DNA of 64,000 nt from an uncultured Parachlamydiaceae bacterium. GTDB lineage: Bacteria > Chlamydiota > Chlamydiia > Chlamydiales > Parachlamydiaceae. Location: assembly GCA_963742415.1 (NCBI GenBank), contig CAVULX010000003.1, forward strand, positions 374,616 through 438,615, read 5' to 3'. The notes beneath the pieces were generated by a model. The model was not told the DNA's origin, made no database searches, and saw only the letters and a list, made by a program, of their open reading frames with translations. Made by a program: the position numbers and the translations under genes. Below, one piece after another: positions 27,783 to 36,510 of this stretch. The stretch's first letter is position 1. Every line of letters begins with the position of its first letter.

Positions 27783-29758
27783 GGGGCCTCGCCTTGCACT
27801 TCTTGCATAGCATGATGGAATTTATGTGAAATTTCAGGATTGAACATTTTTATTTTTTCAATGATGACCCGTTGATGCCTTTCGGGTAAGCTATTAAAGA
27901 TAGATGCAGCCACTTTGAAGCTCTCAGCCATTTTAAGTCCATACTCCAAAGAGGTTCCCCCCAAAATCCCTGGAAGAGATCCTAGTAATAGTTCAATCTG
28001 ATTCGGATCTGTTTCATCAAACTGAGCCATTTCCACCAGGACGTGAGCTTGCAAATCGATCGGCATCCTATTTAACACAACCGAAGCTCGCTCTTGAGGT
28101 AATGAATACAGGATTAAAGCAATGGTTTGAGGAGATTCCTGACCAAGAAATGCAGCAATTTTAGAAGGTTCCCCTTCAGTCAGAATTTGCTTAATTGACA
28201 GCGGTTCATCTGAGTGCCCTGTTTTTCCGTCATTCTTGCTCAGAATGTTTGGCCGATCTTCCAACTGGGCTTTAATTGCTTCTAGAACCCCTTCTAGATC
28301 TTCTAATCTTTTTTTCTTAGTTCCTTCTTCAGCGGCTTTTAAAACCGAAACCCTTTTGGAATGTTGTTGCACGCGGAACATCATATAGAAAATCCCGAAA
28401 ACGCCCAAAGTGATGATCGCCACAAGCGCTGTGGTTATCGAATTATTTTCCGACCCTGGGGAAATTGCCTCTATCATGACTGGAGGGGGAGGGATCGGCG
28501 TCCGGTCGAACTTAATAAAATTAACAGACTGCGAAACATGAGCTGTATATCCTTTGAGGATGACTTCGAGCTGACTTTCGATATTTTTCTTCAATTTTTC
28601 TTCATTCGAAGCAATCTGATTTTCGTTTTGCTCTACTCCTTTAGCCGGAGCAAAAATTTGGTCGTCGATTAACACACCTATCGATAAGGCATCTATTTTG
28701 CCGGGCACACTGGTAATTTTGACATGGTCTACGGGCACTGCCATTTGTCTAAACTGTTGCGTTGCGAATAGCTCGGGTTGATTCTGAGAGGAAGGATTGC
28801 CTCCGTTTTGTTCGGAAGATTTCGATTGCTCTTTTGCTTTAATCGGTTGCTCGCCTGTCTCAGAAATAGACGTGACAACGGACGACCCTAAGCTAACTCC
28901 GTCAACCGAGCCGGTGTAGACTTTTCTTTCTTCAGAAATTTTATTTCTATTCATTGTCACTTGCACAGTACTATAAAAGTTGCCTGCGCCCACCACAGTC
29001 GTTAGCATCCCATCAATTTTTGCTTTTAAATATCCTTCTGCAGATAACTCCGCATTGCGAATCGAATCCAAGCCCCCTTCAGGATCTATGGCTTGATAGA
29101 GGTGCCCATTAGTGTCGGAAATCGCCACCATATTCCCGGTAAGGCCTCTGACCGCTCCGGCAACATGAAAGGTAATGGCACGCAGTTCTTGAGAATTTAA
29201 ACGAGCGCCCGGTTTCAAGCTTAAGATGACAGAGGCTTTAGCTTTGTAGTTTGCAGCCCCAAAAGGACGGGGAGGGGGAACATCAAGAATGACGTTAGCG
29301 CTTCGTACATTCTCAAATTGGGAAATATCATTTTCAAGCTGCCCTTTAAGTGCCCTTAATTCAAGAACCTGGAGCTCTTTTTCCCCTTTAATCCACGTGC
29401 TGCTATCGAAAAGCTCAAATCCTTTTTTCGTTTGCGTTTTTGGCAATCCGTTGAAAGCCAACTCTGCTCGCACCTGGTGTTCTTTCTCTTTTGGAATCCA
29501 TATCCCTTTGTTTTCGGAAATTTTATAAGGAATATTTGCGCTTTCAAAATAGGCTTTAATTTGTGCAATATCAATGCTTTGCATCCGTTCAGGCGAATAC
29601 AGCATCACATAGTTCATTGAATTGGACATGATCAGCACGACCGTCCCTAGCAAAATAAGTAGCCCTAGAATAGCAGCAAAAGCGGTTTTTTGAGAAAGCT
29701 TAAGATCCAGCCAAAAAGTTTTTAGCTGCTGTAAAAAATTTGCGAAAAAGGAATACAT
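27779..29758 (-). CDS. fliF: FliF-type MS-ring protein with a fused C-terminal FliG middle-domain-like region
   Basis: 659 aa. N-terminal TM helix followed by a YscJ/FliF-type periplasmic domain (IAQIKAYFESANIPYKISENKGIWIPKEKEHQVRAELAFNGLP). Second TM helix ITTALVAIITLGVFGIFYMMF. The cytoplasmic tail contains FLGQESPQTIALILYSLPQERASVVLNRMPIDLQAHVL (compare FliG FLQSEHPQTIAVVLSYL...LPEELQTEVL) and ...NSLPERHQRVIIEKIKMFNPEI. Confidence 0.85.
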   Translation of the reverse strand: MYSFFANFLQQLKTFWLDLKLSQKTAFAAILGLLILLGTVVLIMSNSMNYVMLYSPERMQSIDIAQIKAYFESANIPYKISENKGIWIPKEKEHQVRAELAFNGLPKTQTKKGFELFDSSTWIKGEKELQVLELRALKGQLENDISQFENVRSANVILDVPPPRPFGAANYKAKASVILSLKPGARLNSQELRAITFHVAGAVRGLTGNMVAISDTNGHLYQAIDPEGGLDSIRNAELSAEGYLKAKIDGMLTTVVGAGNFYSTVQVTMNRNKISEERKVYTGSVDGVSLGSSVVTSISETGEQPIKAKEQSKSSEQNGGNPSSQNQPELFATQQFRQMAVPVDHVKITSVPGKIDALSIGVLIDDQIFAPAKGVEQNENQIASNEEKLKKNIESQLEVILKGYTAHVSQSVNFIKFDRTPIPPPPVMIEAISPGSENNSITTALVAIITLGVFGIFYMMFRVQQHSKRVSVLKAAEEGTKKKRLEDLEGVLEAIKAQLEDRPNILSKNDGKTGHSDEPLSIKQILTEGEPSKIAAFLGQESPQTIALILYSLPQERASVVLNRMPIDLQAHVLVEMAQFDETDPNQIELLLGSLPGILGGTSLEYGLKMAESFKVAASIFNSLPERHQRVIIEKIKMFNPEISHKFHHAMQEVQGEAP

Positions 29759-29875
29759 GATAAAGCTAACCTTATAAATTAAGAAGATAGCTTTTTATTT
29801 ACAGCAGATGGAACGGGAAATCAAACTAAATTTTTTAATTACCTTGGTTTCTTTGACTGTGAGGGTGTTTAAGTT

Positions 29876-30931
29876 CTAATGCTTCAGGATTTTTTGGAGC
29901 TCATCGTAGACCTCATCGACTCCGATCCTTTTCATGCAACGAAAGTCGATGGGGCAGACTCTTTTGTAGCATGGAGAGCATTCGACCCTCTTGTGGATCA
30001 CCTTTCCTAAATTATAGGGACCTGTTTGAACGTCGCTTGTCGATCCGAATAAAGCCAAAAGCGGAGTTCCTAGAGCTGCTGAGATGTGCATCGGTCCGCT
30101 ATCGTTCGTCAGTAAGACTTTACACAATTGAATGAGGGCCATTAACTCCCTTAAATTCGTTTTTCCGGCCAAGTTTAAGACTCTTGGGGGCAAGTCTTTG
30201 CATATCTCATTCACGAGCGGCGCCCCGGCGGGATCGCCAAAGAATAAAACGACATTTTTCGGTTCTTCCAATAAACGTTCTGCAATGTTGCGAAAACGGT
30301 CCGGCAACCAACATTTAGACGAGCCATAAGCGGCCCCGGGATTAATTCCGATGAGAGTATGAGTATCAGGTGAGGCTTTTAAATTGAGAAGAAGTTCCCG
30401 TGCCGCTTCCGTTTCTTCCTTACTCACATAAAGCTTTGGGGGGGTAGTGGAAAGTGGAATCCCCAGCGGCTGAAGCAACATCTTGTAAGTGATAACAAGA
30501 TGCTGTGTTTTTCTTTCTTTTGGAAAGGGAACCGCTTTATTGAGAAGCCAACTGCGGCAATTGCAGGTAAAACCAATCCGGTTGCCGACTTTCCCTCTCC
30601 AAAACCACCAAGCTGAAGAAAAGGAATTGGTAAGCAAAACACCCAAATCGTATTCTCCCCGTTGCAATGATTCAATGATTTCTAAGTGTTGCCAGCGGTG
30701 GATCCACCCACTAGGGCGGTGATAGCTATAGATTTCGTCGAGATGGGGGTCATGCTTTAAAAGAGCTGCGACATTGGATTGACACATGGCAGTTATACGA
30801 GATTCGGGCCAGCGTTTCCTGAGATCGGCTAAAACTGGAGTAGCCATCACGAGATCACCTAACCAATTCGGCATTCGAACAAGGATGTTTTTTGGTTCTT
30901 TCGGCGGCCAAGATTTTTCCTGAAATTTCAT
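29876..30931 (-). CDS. Family 9 glycosyltransferase, ADP-heptose:LPS heptosyltransferase (WaaF-like)
   Basis: 351 aa. ILVRMPNWLGDLVMATPVLADL, NDSGPMHISAALGTP, and a C-terminal Cys-rich CSPCYKRVCPIDFRCM typical of type II heptosyltransferases. Confidence 0.8.
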   Translation of the reverse strand: MKFQEKSWPPKEPKNILVRMPNWLGDLVMATPVLADLRKRWPESRITAMCQSNVAALLKHDPHLDEIYSYHRPSGWIHRWQHLEIIESLQRGEYDLGVLLTNSFSSAWWFWRGKVGNRIGFTCNCRSWLLNKAVPFPKERKTQHLVITYKMLLQPLGIPLSTTPPKLYVSKEETEAARELLLNLKASPDTHTLIGINPGAAYGSSKCWLPDRFRNIAERLLEEPKNVVLFFGDPAGAPLVNEICKDLPPRVLNLAGKTNLRELMALIQLCKVLLTNDSGPMHISAALGTPLLALFGSTSDVQTGPYNLGKVIHKRVECSPCYKRVCPIDFRCMKRIGVDEVYDELQKILKH

Positions 30932-31011
30932 ACTGTTTGCCTTGATTAAATCTTGCCTTCTATCATAATAGTATTATGCTAAAGTTGAAAGGATAAAAGG
31001 AGATATACCGC

Positions 31012-34000
31012 TTGACTAAGACAATTTATTCAGAGGAAGAGATTAAGCAAATTTTGCAAGCCATTTTTCTTGAAAAAAAGCATTCCAAAGATGTGAAGTT
31101 AAAATTGCAAGACAAGACCAATGAATGTGCTCGTTTGCAACATGAGCTTGAAGAACTTCAGAAAAAGATGCAAACGATCCCTTTAGATGATGTCCGCAAA
31201 TTGAAAAATCTCCTTTTTGCATTTAAGAAAAAACATGCCCAAGCCCTTTCCTCTATAGATGAAAAAAACAAACAGCTTGCTCAACTAACTCAAACAACTT
31301 CCGATATAGATGATTTAGAAAGTGAAAACCGTGCTTTAATCTCTCAAATATCAGCTATTAAAGAAAAATTTTACAAAATTCAAAACGCAGCCCCCTCGGA
31401 AAAAGAGATTAATGTCATCTCAGAAAAGTTCCAAGCAAAGTTGAATGCAGCTAACGAAATCTTAAATAAGGCTCAAGAAGAGCTCAACGAAGAGCAACAG
31501 GAAAAGGTCCATTTTAAAGCTAAGTTGGAGGAGATGACTTCTCTAAAAGAGCATTTCGAAAGACAAAACCTCGACTTAGTCCGGCAAGTTCATCATCTTG
31601 AGCCATTCAAAGAGATGACCTTGACAGCACAACAAAAGATGGCTGAATTTGAACGGATGAGGGAAGAGGATTTCGATGAAATTGAGAGCTTAAAAGAAAA
31701 AATTTCATCTAATACATTGACTGAAGACCAATTACATCTCATTGAAGACCTGAAAGAGCAATTACTTGAAATCAAAGGGGAAAACCAAACACTAACCCAC
31801 CAAGATCTGACCTTAAGGCAACGTTTTGAACAATCTGAAGGGGAACTCACCCTTGTTAAAGAAAAACATTTTCAACTTGCTGATAAATTAAAACACAGTG
31901 AATTGTGCCAAAGCGAAAATCTTCATCGAATTGAAGATCTCTTGATTCAAGTTAAGCAAATGGAGGTATTGAAAGCTTTCCTGACCCAAGAAGAGGAGCG
32001 AAATAAGGAATTAACCCAAGAACTGAATAAAATAAAAGAGTTCTCGCAAAAAGACCAGAAACAGATTGATGATTTGTTGTTTCAAACAAAACAAGTAGAA
32101 ACATTGAAATCTCTGTTGTCTCAAAGGGAAGAACGAAATAGAGAAATAACTCAAGAACTAAATAGAGTAAAAGAACTCTCTCAAGGAGACCGGCAGCAGA
32201 TTGACGATTTAGTGATTCAAACAAAGCAAATAGAGTCCTTGAAGTACTTGTTGGCTCAGCAAGAAGGAAAAAACAAAGAGTTATATCAAGAGCTGAATCA
32301 ACTAAAAGAACTCTTTGAAAATGAACATCTGCAAATTTCAGATTTGTTAATCCAAGCACAGCAAGGGGAAACACTCAAATCCTTACTGGCCCAACAAGAA
32401 GAAACAAATCAAGAATTGCATCAGGAGCTCAAACGAGCGAGAGAATTCTCTGATAGAGATCGCCAGCAAATTGAAGACTTGTTGGTCCAAGCAAAACAAG
32501 GGGAAACTTTCAAATCGTTGTTGGCTCAGCAGGAAGATATCAACAAAGAATTAAACCTCGAACTGAATCAAGCTAAAGAAATTTCTGAACGGGATCAACA
32601 TCATATCGAAGATCTGTTGCTTCATACAAAACAAATTGAGAATTTGAAATCCTTATTTGTTCAACAAGAAGAAGCAAATAACGAGTTGAATCGGGAGCTG
32701 CAACAAGCTAAAGAATTCGCTGAAAGAGATCGCCAGCGAATTGAAAAAATTGCCGCACAACTATTGGAAAAGGACAAAAAGATTTATGATTTGCAACATT
32801 TGGAAGTACGCCTTAAACGTCTGACTGAGCAAAAGCAAGCCATCGAACAAGAGTTAGAAAAAGTTCAAAATGAAGCCATAAACCGGGAAAATGTCCTCAA
32901 AGAACATCAACAACATCAAGTGCAATTAGAAAGGGTGATCCAATTTCTCAGAGAAAAATCGGAAGGGGCTCGTTTAGAAGTCACTTCCCTGCAAGAAGAG
33001 ATTCAGAAATCAGCAGAATCGTTTTTAAAGTTAACAAACGACTTGAAAACAACCAAAGAAGCGCACGATCAACTCGCAGAACAGCTGAAACACGAACAAG
33101 AAGAAAAACAAGAAGTGCATCAGGAGATTACTACCCTGCATTTGCAGGTGGAACAATTGCGAAGCCATCTCACTTCTACACAGCAAGAACTTAACGAACA
33201 ACAGTCTGGTTATGAAAAAGCTAAAAAACAGTTGGCTCAACTTGAATCCCAAAATCGGGTATTTTCCGAAACCATTTCCGAAAAAAACAAAAGTATCGAA
33301 TTTTTTGAAAAAGAGACAGCTCTGATCAAACAGTCGCTTATCCGTGGTTTGCGAGAAGCTAAAGAGCTTGAGGGGCATTATGCCGAAGTTGCCAAAGAAA
33401 AAGCCTCCATGCAAGCTAAACTGCACCAATCTCAACATCTCTTAGATAAACAAAGAAATGAGATCCACGAACTACAAGAAAAAATAAGAAGCGCCGAATC
33501 TAATACCTCATCGGCCTATCAGAATATTGAGCAGCTCAATCAACGGCTTGCTGAAAAGCAAACAAATCTTCAGCAACAAGAGGAAATAATTAAAGAAAAA
33601 GAAGCAACTTTACAAAGTCAGTTGCAACAAATCGAGCTCTTAAAACAGGAGCAATTATCTTTACAGGGAGGATTATCCCACGCTAAAAATATCATAGAAG
33701 AAAAAGAAAATGAGTTGACCCAAGCCCAGCACCATCTCGCCAAAAAAGTCAAAGAAGCAGCCCAGCTTGAAGACAAAAATGAGGAACAAAAACATTTAAT
33801 AGCAGAGCTTCAAGAGACCCTTGTAAAAAATAAAATCCGAATTGCTGAGTTGCAAACAAGCGTCGACATTCAAGAACAGCAATCCAAACAATCTCAAGAA
33901 CGGCTTCAAGAAGCCTTAAAAGCAGCTCGTACGCTTGAAACAAAATGGGAAGAAAAATATGGATCCCTTTCCGAAAAATGGGAAGCAGCTGAGGGTCGTA

Positions 34001-34257
34001 TCAAAGAACTTGAGAAAATCGAAGAAAAGCAAAAACATTTGCAAGGTTTGCTTTCAAGCCTAGGAAGTTTTTTTGAAGGCCCCATTCCGGCAACACCGGT
34101 AGAATCCTCTAAATCAACAAGGGGCTCGTTTTTAGAGGAACCCAGAAGGGCACCCCAACCGACAGAAAAGCCGCAAGAGCCTTCAAAGTCTCCCTATCAA
34201 AACCTTTTTAATATGCCCAAACCGCCAGGCCGACCACGCCAAAACTTTTTGGAGTAG
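31012..34257 (+). CDS. Giant coiled-coil protein with internal 45-aa tandem repeats and a Pro-rich C-terminal tail
   Basis: 1081 aa and almost entirely heptad-like (E/Q/K/L). TTG start 8 nt after AAAGGAG. No Walker motifs. The C-terminus is PIPATPVESS...PQPTEKPQEPSKSPYQNLFNMPKPPGRPRQNF. Confidence 0.8.
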   Translation: MTKTIYSEEEIKQILQAIFLEKKHSKDVKLKLQDKTNECARLQHELEELQKKMQTIPLDDVRKLKNLLFAFKKKHAQALSSIDEKNKQLAQLTQTTSDIDDLESENRALISQISAIKEKFYKIQNAAPSEKEINVISEKFQAKLNAANEILNKAQEELNEEQQEKVHFKAKLEEMTSLKEHFERQNLDLVRQVHHLEPFKEMTLTAQQKMAEFERMREEDFDEIESLKEKISSNTLTEDQLHLIEDLKEQLLEIKGENQTLTHQDLTLRQRFEQSEGELTLVKEKHFQLADKLKHSELCQSENLHRIEDLLIQVKQMEVLKAFLTQEEERNKELTQELNKIKEFSQKDQKQIDDLLFQTKQVETLKSLLSQREERNREITQELNRVKELSQGDRQQIDDLVIQTKQIESLKYLLAQQEGKNKELYQELNQLKELFENEHLQISDLLIQAQQGETLKSLLAQQEETNQELHQELKRAREFSDRDRQQIEDLLVQAKQGETFKSLLAQQEDINKELNLELNQAKEISERDQHHIEDLLLHTKQIENLKSLFVQQEEANNELNRELQQAKEFAERDRQRIEKIAAQLLEKDKKIYDLQHLEVRLKRLTEQKQAIEQELEKVQNEAINRENVLKEHQQHQVQLERVIQFLREKSEGARLEVTSLQEEIQKSAESFLKLTNDLKTTKEAHDQLAEQLKHEQEEKQEVHQEITTLHLQVEQLRSHLTSTQQELNEQQSGYEKAKKQLAQLESQNRVFSETISEKNKSIEFFEKETALIKQSLIRGLREAKELEGHYAEVAKEKASMQAKLHQSQHLLDKQRNEIHELQEKIRSAESNTSSAYQNIEQLNQRLAEKQTNLQQQEEIIKEKEATLQSQLQQIELLKQEQLSLQGGLSHAKNIIEEKENELTQAQHHLAKKVKEAAQLEDKNEEQKHLIAELQETLVKNKIRIAELQTSVDIQEQQSKQSQERLQEALKAARTLETKWEEKYGSLSEKWEAAEGRIKELEKIEEKQKHLQGLLSSLGSFFEGPIPATPVESSKSTRGSFLEEPRRAPQPTEKPQEPSKSPYQNLFNMPKPPGRPRQNFLE
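31930..32739 (+). repeat. Six in-frame tandem repeats of 135 bp (45 aa) inside the coiled-coil gene
   Basis: Units start at 31930, 32065, 32200, 32335, 32470 and 32605. Consensus is I(E/D)DLL.Q.KQ.E.LK.LL.QQEE.N.EL.QELN..KE.S..D.QQ. The copies are diverged. Confidence 0.9.
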
Positions 34258-34264
34258 GTATTTT

Positions 34265-34762
34265 GTGATTGTTATTGGCATCGATCCAGGCACTAATATC
34301 ACAGGCTACGGCATCGTGCAAGTCAAGGATTCAATGCTCTGTACTTTGGATTATGGCTGCATTAAGCCCCCCACTCACTTCAAGATTTCAGACCGTTATC
34401 TGATTATTTTTGATAATATTGAACTTCTGCTGGATACTTACAAGCCAGACGTTTTAGTGGTGGAAACACAGTACGTAAAAAAAAATCCCCAAAGCGCAAT
34501 CAAACTCGGAATGGCACGAGGGATTGTTATCATCGCCGCCAAACGAAAAGGGATAGAGGTCTACGAATATGCCCCTGCAAAAGCAAAACGAGCGGTAGTC
34601 GGCAACGGACGCGCCAGCAAATATCAAGTCCAAGGCATGGTCAAAAATCTCCTTGGGTTGGATTCCATTCCTGAGCCTGAAGATGCCGCGGACGCCTTAG
34701 CATTAGCTTTGTGTCACGTTCACGCTAGCCGAATACCCCATCTATTAGGCACTCAAATGTAA
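34265..34762 (+). CDS. ruvC: Crossover junction endodeoxyribonuclease RuvC
   Basis: 165 aa. IVIGIDPGTNITGYG and PEDAADALALALCH are RuvC signatures. GTG start. Confidence 0.92.
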   Translation: MIVIGIDPGTNITGYGIVQVKDSMLCTLDYGCIKPPTHFKISDRYLIIFDNIELLLDTYKPDVLVVETQYVKKNPQSAIKLGMARGIVIIAAKRKGIEVYEYAPAKAKRAVVGNGRASKYQVQGMVKNLLGLDSIPEPEDAADALALALCHVHASRIPHLLGTQM

Positions 34763-34793
34763 AAAATCATTGATTTCACTGCCCTCTAAATGA

Positions 34794-34975
34794 TTAGACA
34801 CAGAGAAGAAACAGGATAAGCAAGATCGTAAACGGCAGGATAAGCAAGATATTGAATAAAGAGTAAGAATATGCGGATATGATTAAATTAAGACTGTTCA
34901 AAACATCGTTTTTCTTTTATCTTGCTTATCCTGCCGTTTACGATCATATTTATCCTGTTTCTTCTCTGTGCCTAG
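34794..34975. repeat. Large imperfect palindrome (52-bp arms, 68-bp spacer) between the convergent ruvC and MATE genes
   Basis: The left arm 34799-34850 (cacagagaagaaacaggataagcaagatcgtaaacggcaggataagcaagat) matches the reverse complement of 34919-34970 at 49 of 52 positions. The left arm contains the direct repeat caggataagcaagat twice. Confidence 0.85.
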
Positions 34976-35008
34976 TTACTTAGGAGGTAGTGGAAAATTC
35001 CTTATGCA

Positions 35009-36364
35009 TTAACTAGCGCTAATCAAAGTAATTTCTTTCCATTTCCCGCTTTTATAACGGGTATAATAGATTACACAACAAATTGCGCTATAAGTGACAA
35101 ATAAAATACATGAAACTTCCACTGAGGCTTTTCCTAAAACAACTATTAAGTAAATTGGCAAAACCAGAAAAATCCAAACAGAAAGGGAACCCGCCCAACA
35201 AAGAAATATCGTGTCCCCTGCGGCTGTAAGCAGGCCTGAAAACAGTAAACGGATCCCTTCAAAAAACAGATAAAATGTCATACAAAACAATCCAATCGAC
35301 AGAGCCTCGTGATAAATCAAATATTTCTCTTCGGCAAGATCAGGCAAAAATTGGTGCAATAAATTATCGGAAAAAAAGAAAAACAAAATTAAAGCAATAA
35401 ATAAGAATAAAAAATGCATTTTTATTCCAGACTTTAACACACCGGAAATTAAAGAGATTTTTTTTCCCCCTATGAGATTGCCGGCTACTGTCGTCGCTGC
35501 CTTGCTTACCCCTTCAGCAAAAAAGTAAAGCAGGATAATCACGGCCTGACAAATTCCAGCGATGGTAATGTATTTTTCCCCCATCATTGCCATAAGCGCA
35601 TAATAAACCGCAAACCCTAGAACTTCAATGCAAACAAATAGGGCGTTGGGAAAACCCACTTTAAGACATTTTAAAAAAGAATGAAGCTTGAAAGCCCAAT
35701 TTCCTGTGCCAAACTCCGCACGGTTAGACTTAGAAAGGAAAATAAACAATAAGATAAACGCCTGAAACAAAGAGCTTCCACTAGTCGCAATGGCAGCGCC
35801 TCGAGCTCCTAAAGAAGGGATCCATCCCTCTATTCCAAAAATTAAAGCATAATCAAGAAATGCATTAATCCCATTGGTTAAAAAGGCAAGAACTGTAATC
35901 AGAAACATTTTCCCCCGACCTACAAAGAACCCGCAAAGGGCTCCATATAAAGGAACACTAGGTCCAAATAGCATCATCCAGAAGAAATATTCCTGAGCGA
36001 TCGATTTCTTCTCCCAGAAGACAACTCCTCCATAAAAAGCGAAAGGAATAAAAAAAAGAGAAGATAACAGGGAAAGCCAGACCATTTGCCAAACCGGCTC
36101 CCCGATTTTCTCTTTTGAACCAGCCCCATTATATTGGGCCACAAACACTTCGGCAATGCTCGCCAAGACCATCCAAGACGCTACAAATGCCCACCCATAA
36201 GTGGAGGCTGTCACGGCAGCATTCAGCGCTTCAGTGGAATAATGCGCGAGCATTAAACGGTCGACAAAAAACATCGCCATGATAGAAAGGGAAGAAAGCA
36301 TTAAAGGGAATGCAAGACTGACGAGTTCTAAAAAACTACCAGATTTATAACGAGTTAAAGTCAT
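35009..36364 (-). CDS. MATE-family multidrug/sodium efflux transporter
   Basis: 451 aa and about 12 predicted TM helices. The N-terminal region (PLMLSSLSIMAMFFVDRLMLAHYS..ALNAA) is typical of NorM/MatE proteins. Confidence 0.8.
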   Translation of the reverse strand: MTLTRYKSGSFLELVSLAFPLMLSSLSIMAMFFVDRLMLAHYSTEALNAAVTASTYGWAFVASWMVLASIAEVFVAQYNGAGSKEKIGEPVWQMVWLSLLSSLFFIPFAFYGGVVFWEKKSIAQEYFFWMMLFGPSVPLYGALCGFFVGRGKMFLITVLAFLTNGINAFLDYALIFGIEGWIPSLGARGAAIATSGSSLFQAFILLFIFLSKSNRAEFGTGNWAFKLHSFLKCLKVGFPNALFVCIEVLGFAVYYALMAMMGEKYITIAGICQAVIILLYFFAEGVSKAATTVAGNLIGGKKISLISGVLKSGIKMHFLFLFIALILFFFFSDNLLHQFLPDLAEEKYLIYHEALSIGLFCMTFYLFFEGIRLLFSGLLTAAGDTIFLCWAGSLSVWIFLVLPIYLIVVLGKASVEVSCILFVTYSAICCVIYYTRYKSGKWKEITLISAS

Positions 36365-36510
36365 AAAAAAATAAAAATGGGGAAAATGCTAGTTTTTATA
36401 GAATATCATTTTTCATGATATTTTAGTAAATCGTTTTACTTGCGACTTTTTTTGCTGCCTGATAGCATGCAACTTAATAACCTGTTACTTTAGATTTGTG
36501 GGATGTTGTC

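Noticed and set aside
31952-33438. Minus-strand ORFs of 140 aa (31952-32374) and 135 aa (33031-33438) inside the giant coiled-coil gene.
   Set aside because: They are antisense to a biased repetitive coding sequence whose composition leaves the opposite strand poor in stop codons. The F/L-rich low-complexity translations are not credible proteins.
31012-34257. Calling the giant coiled-coil protein an SMC/RecN/MukB-type chromosome protein, because it is adjacent to ruvC.
   Set aside because: No Walker A/B or signature motifs are present and there are no globular head domains. Only coiled coil and a Pro-rich tail are visible.
34794-34975. Calling the repeat-rich region a CRISPR array.
   Set aside because: It has only two inverted arms (not direct repeats with unique spacers) and no cas genes. 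The structure is a palindrome.
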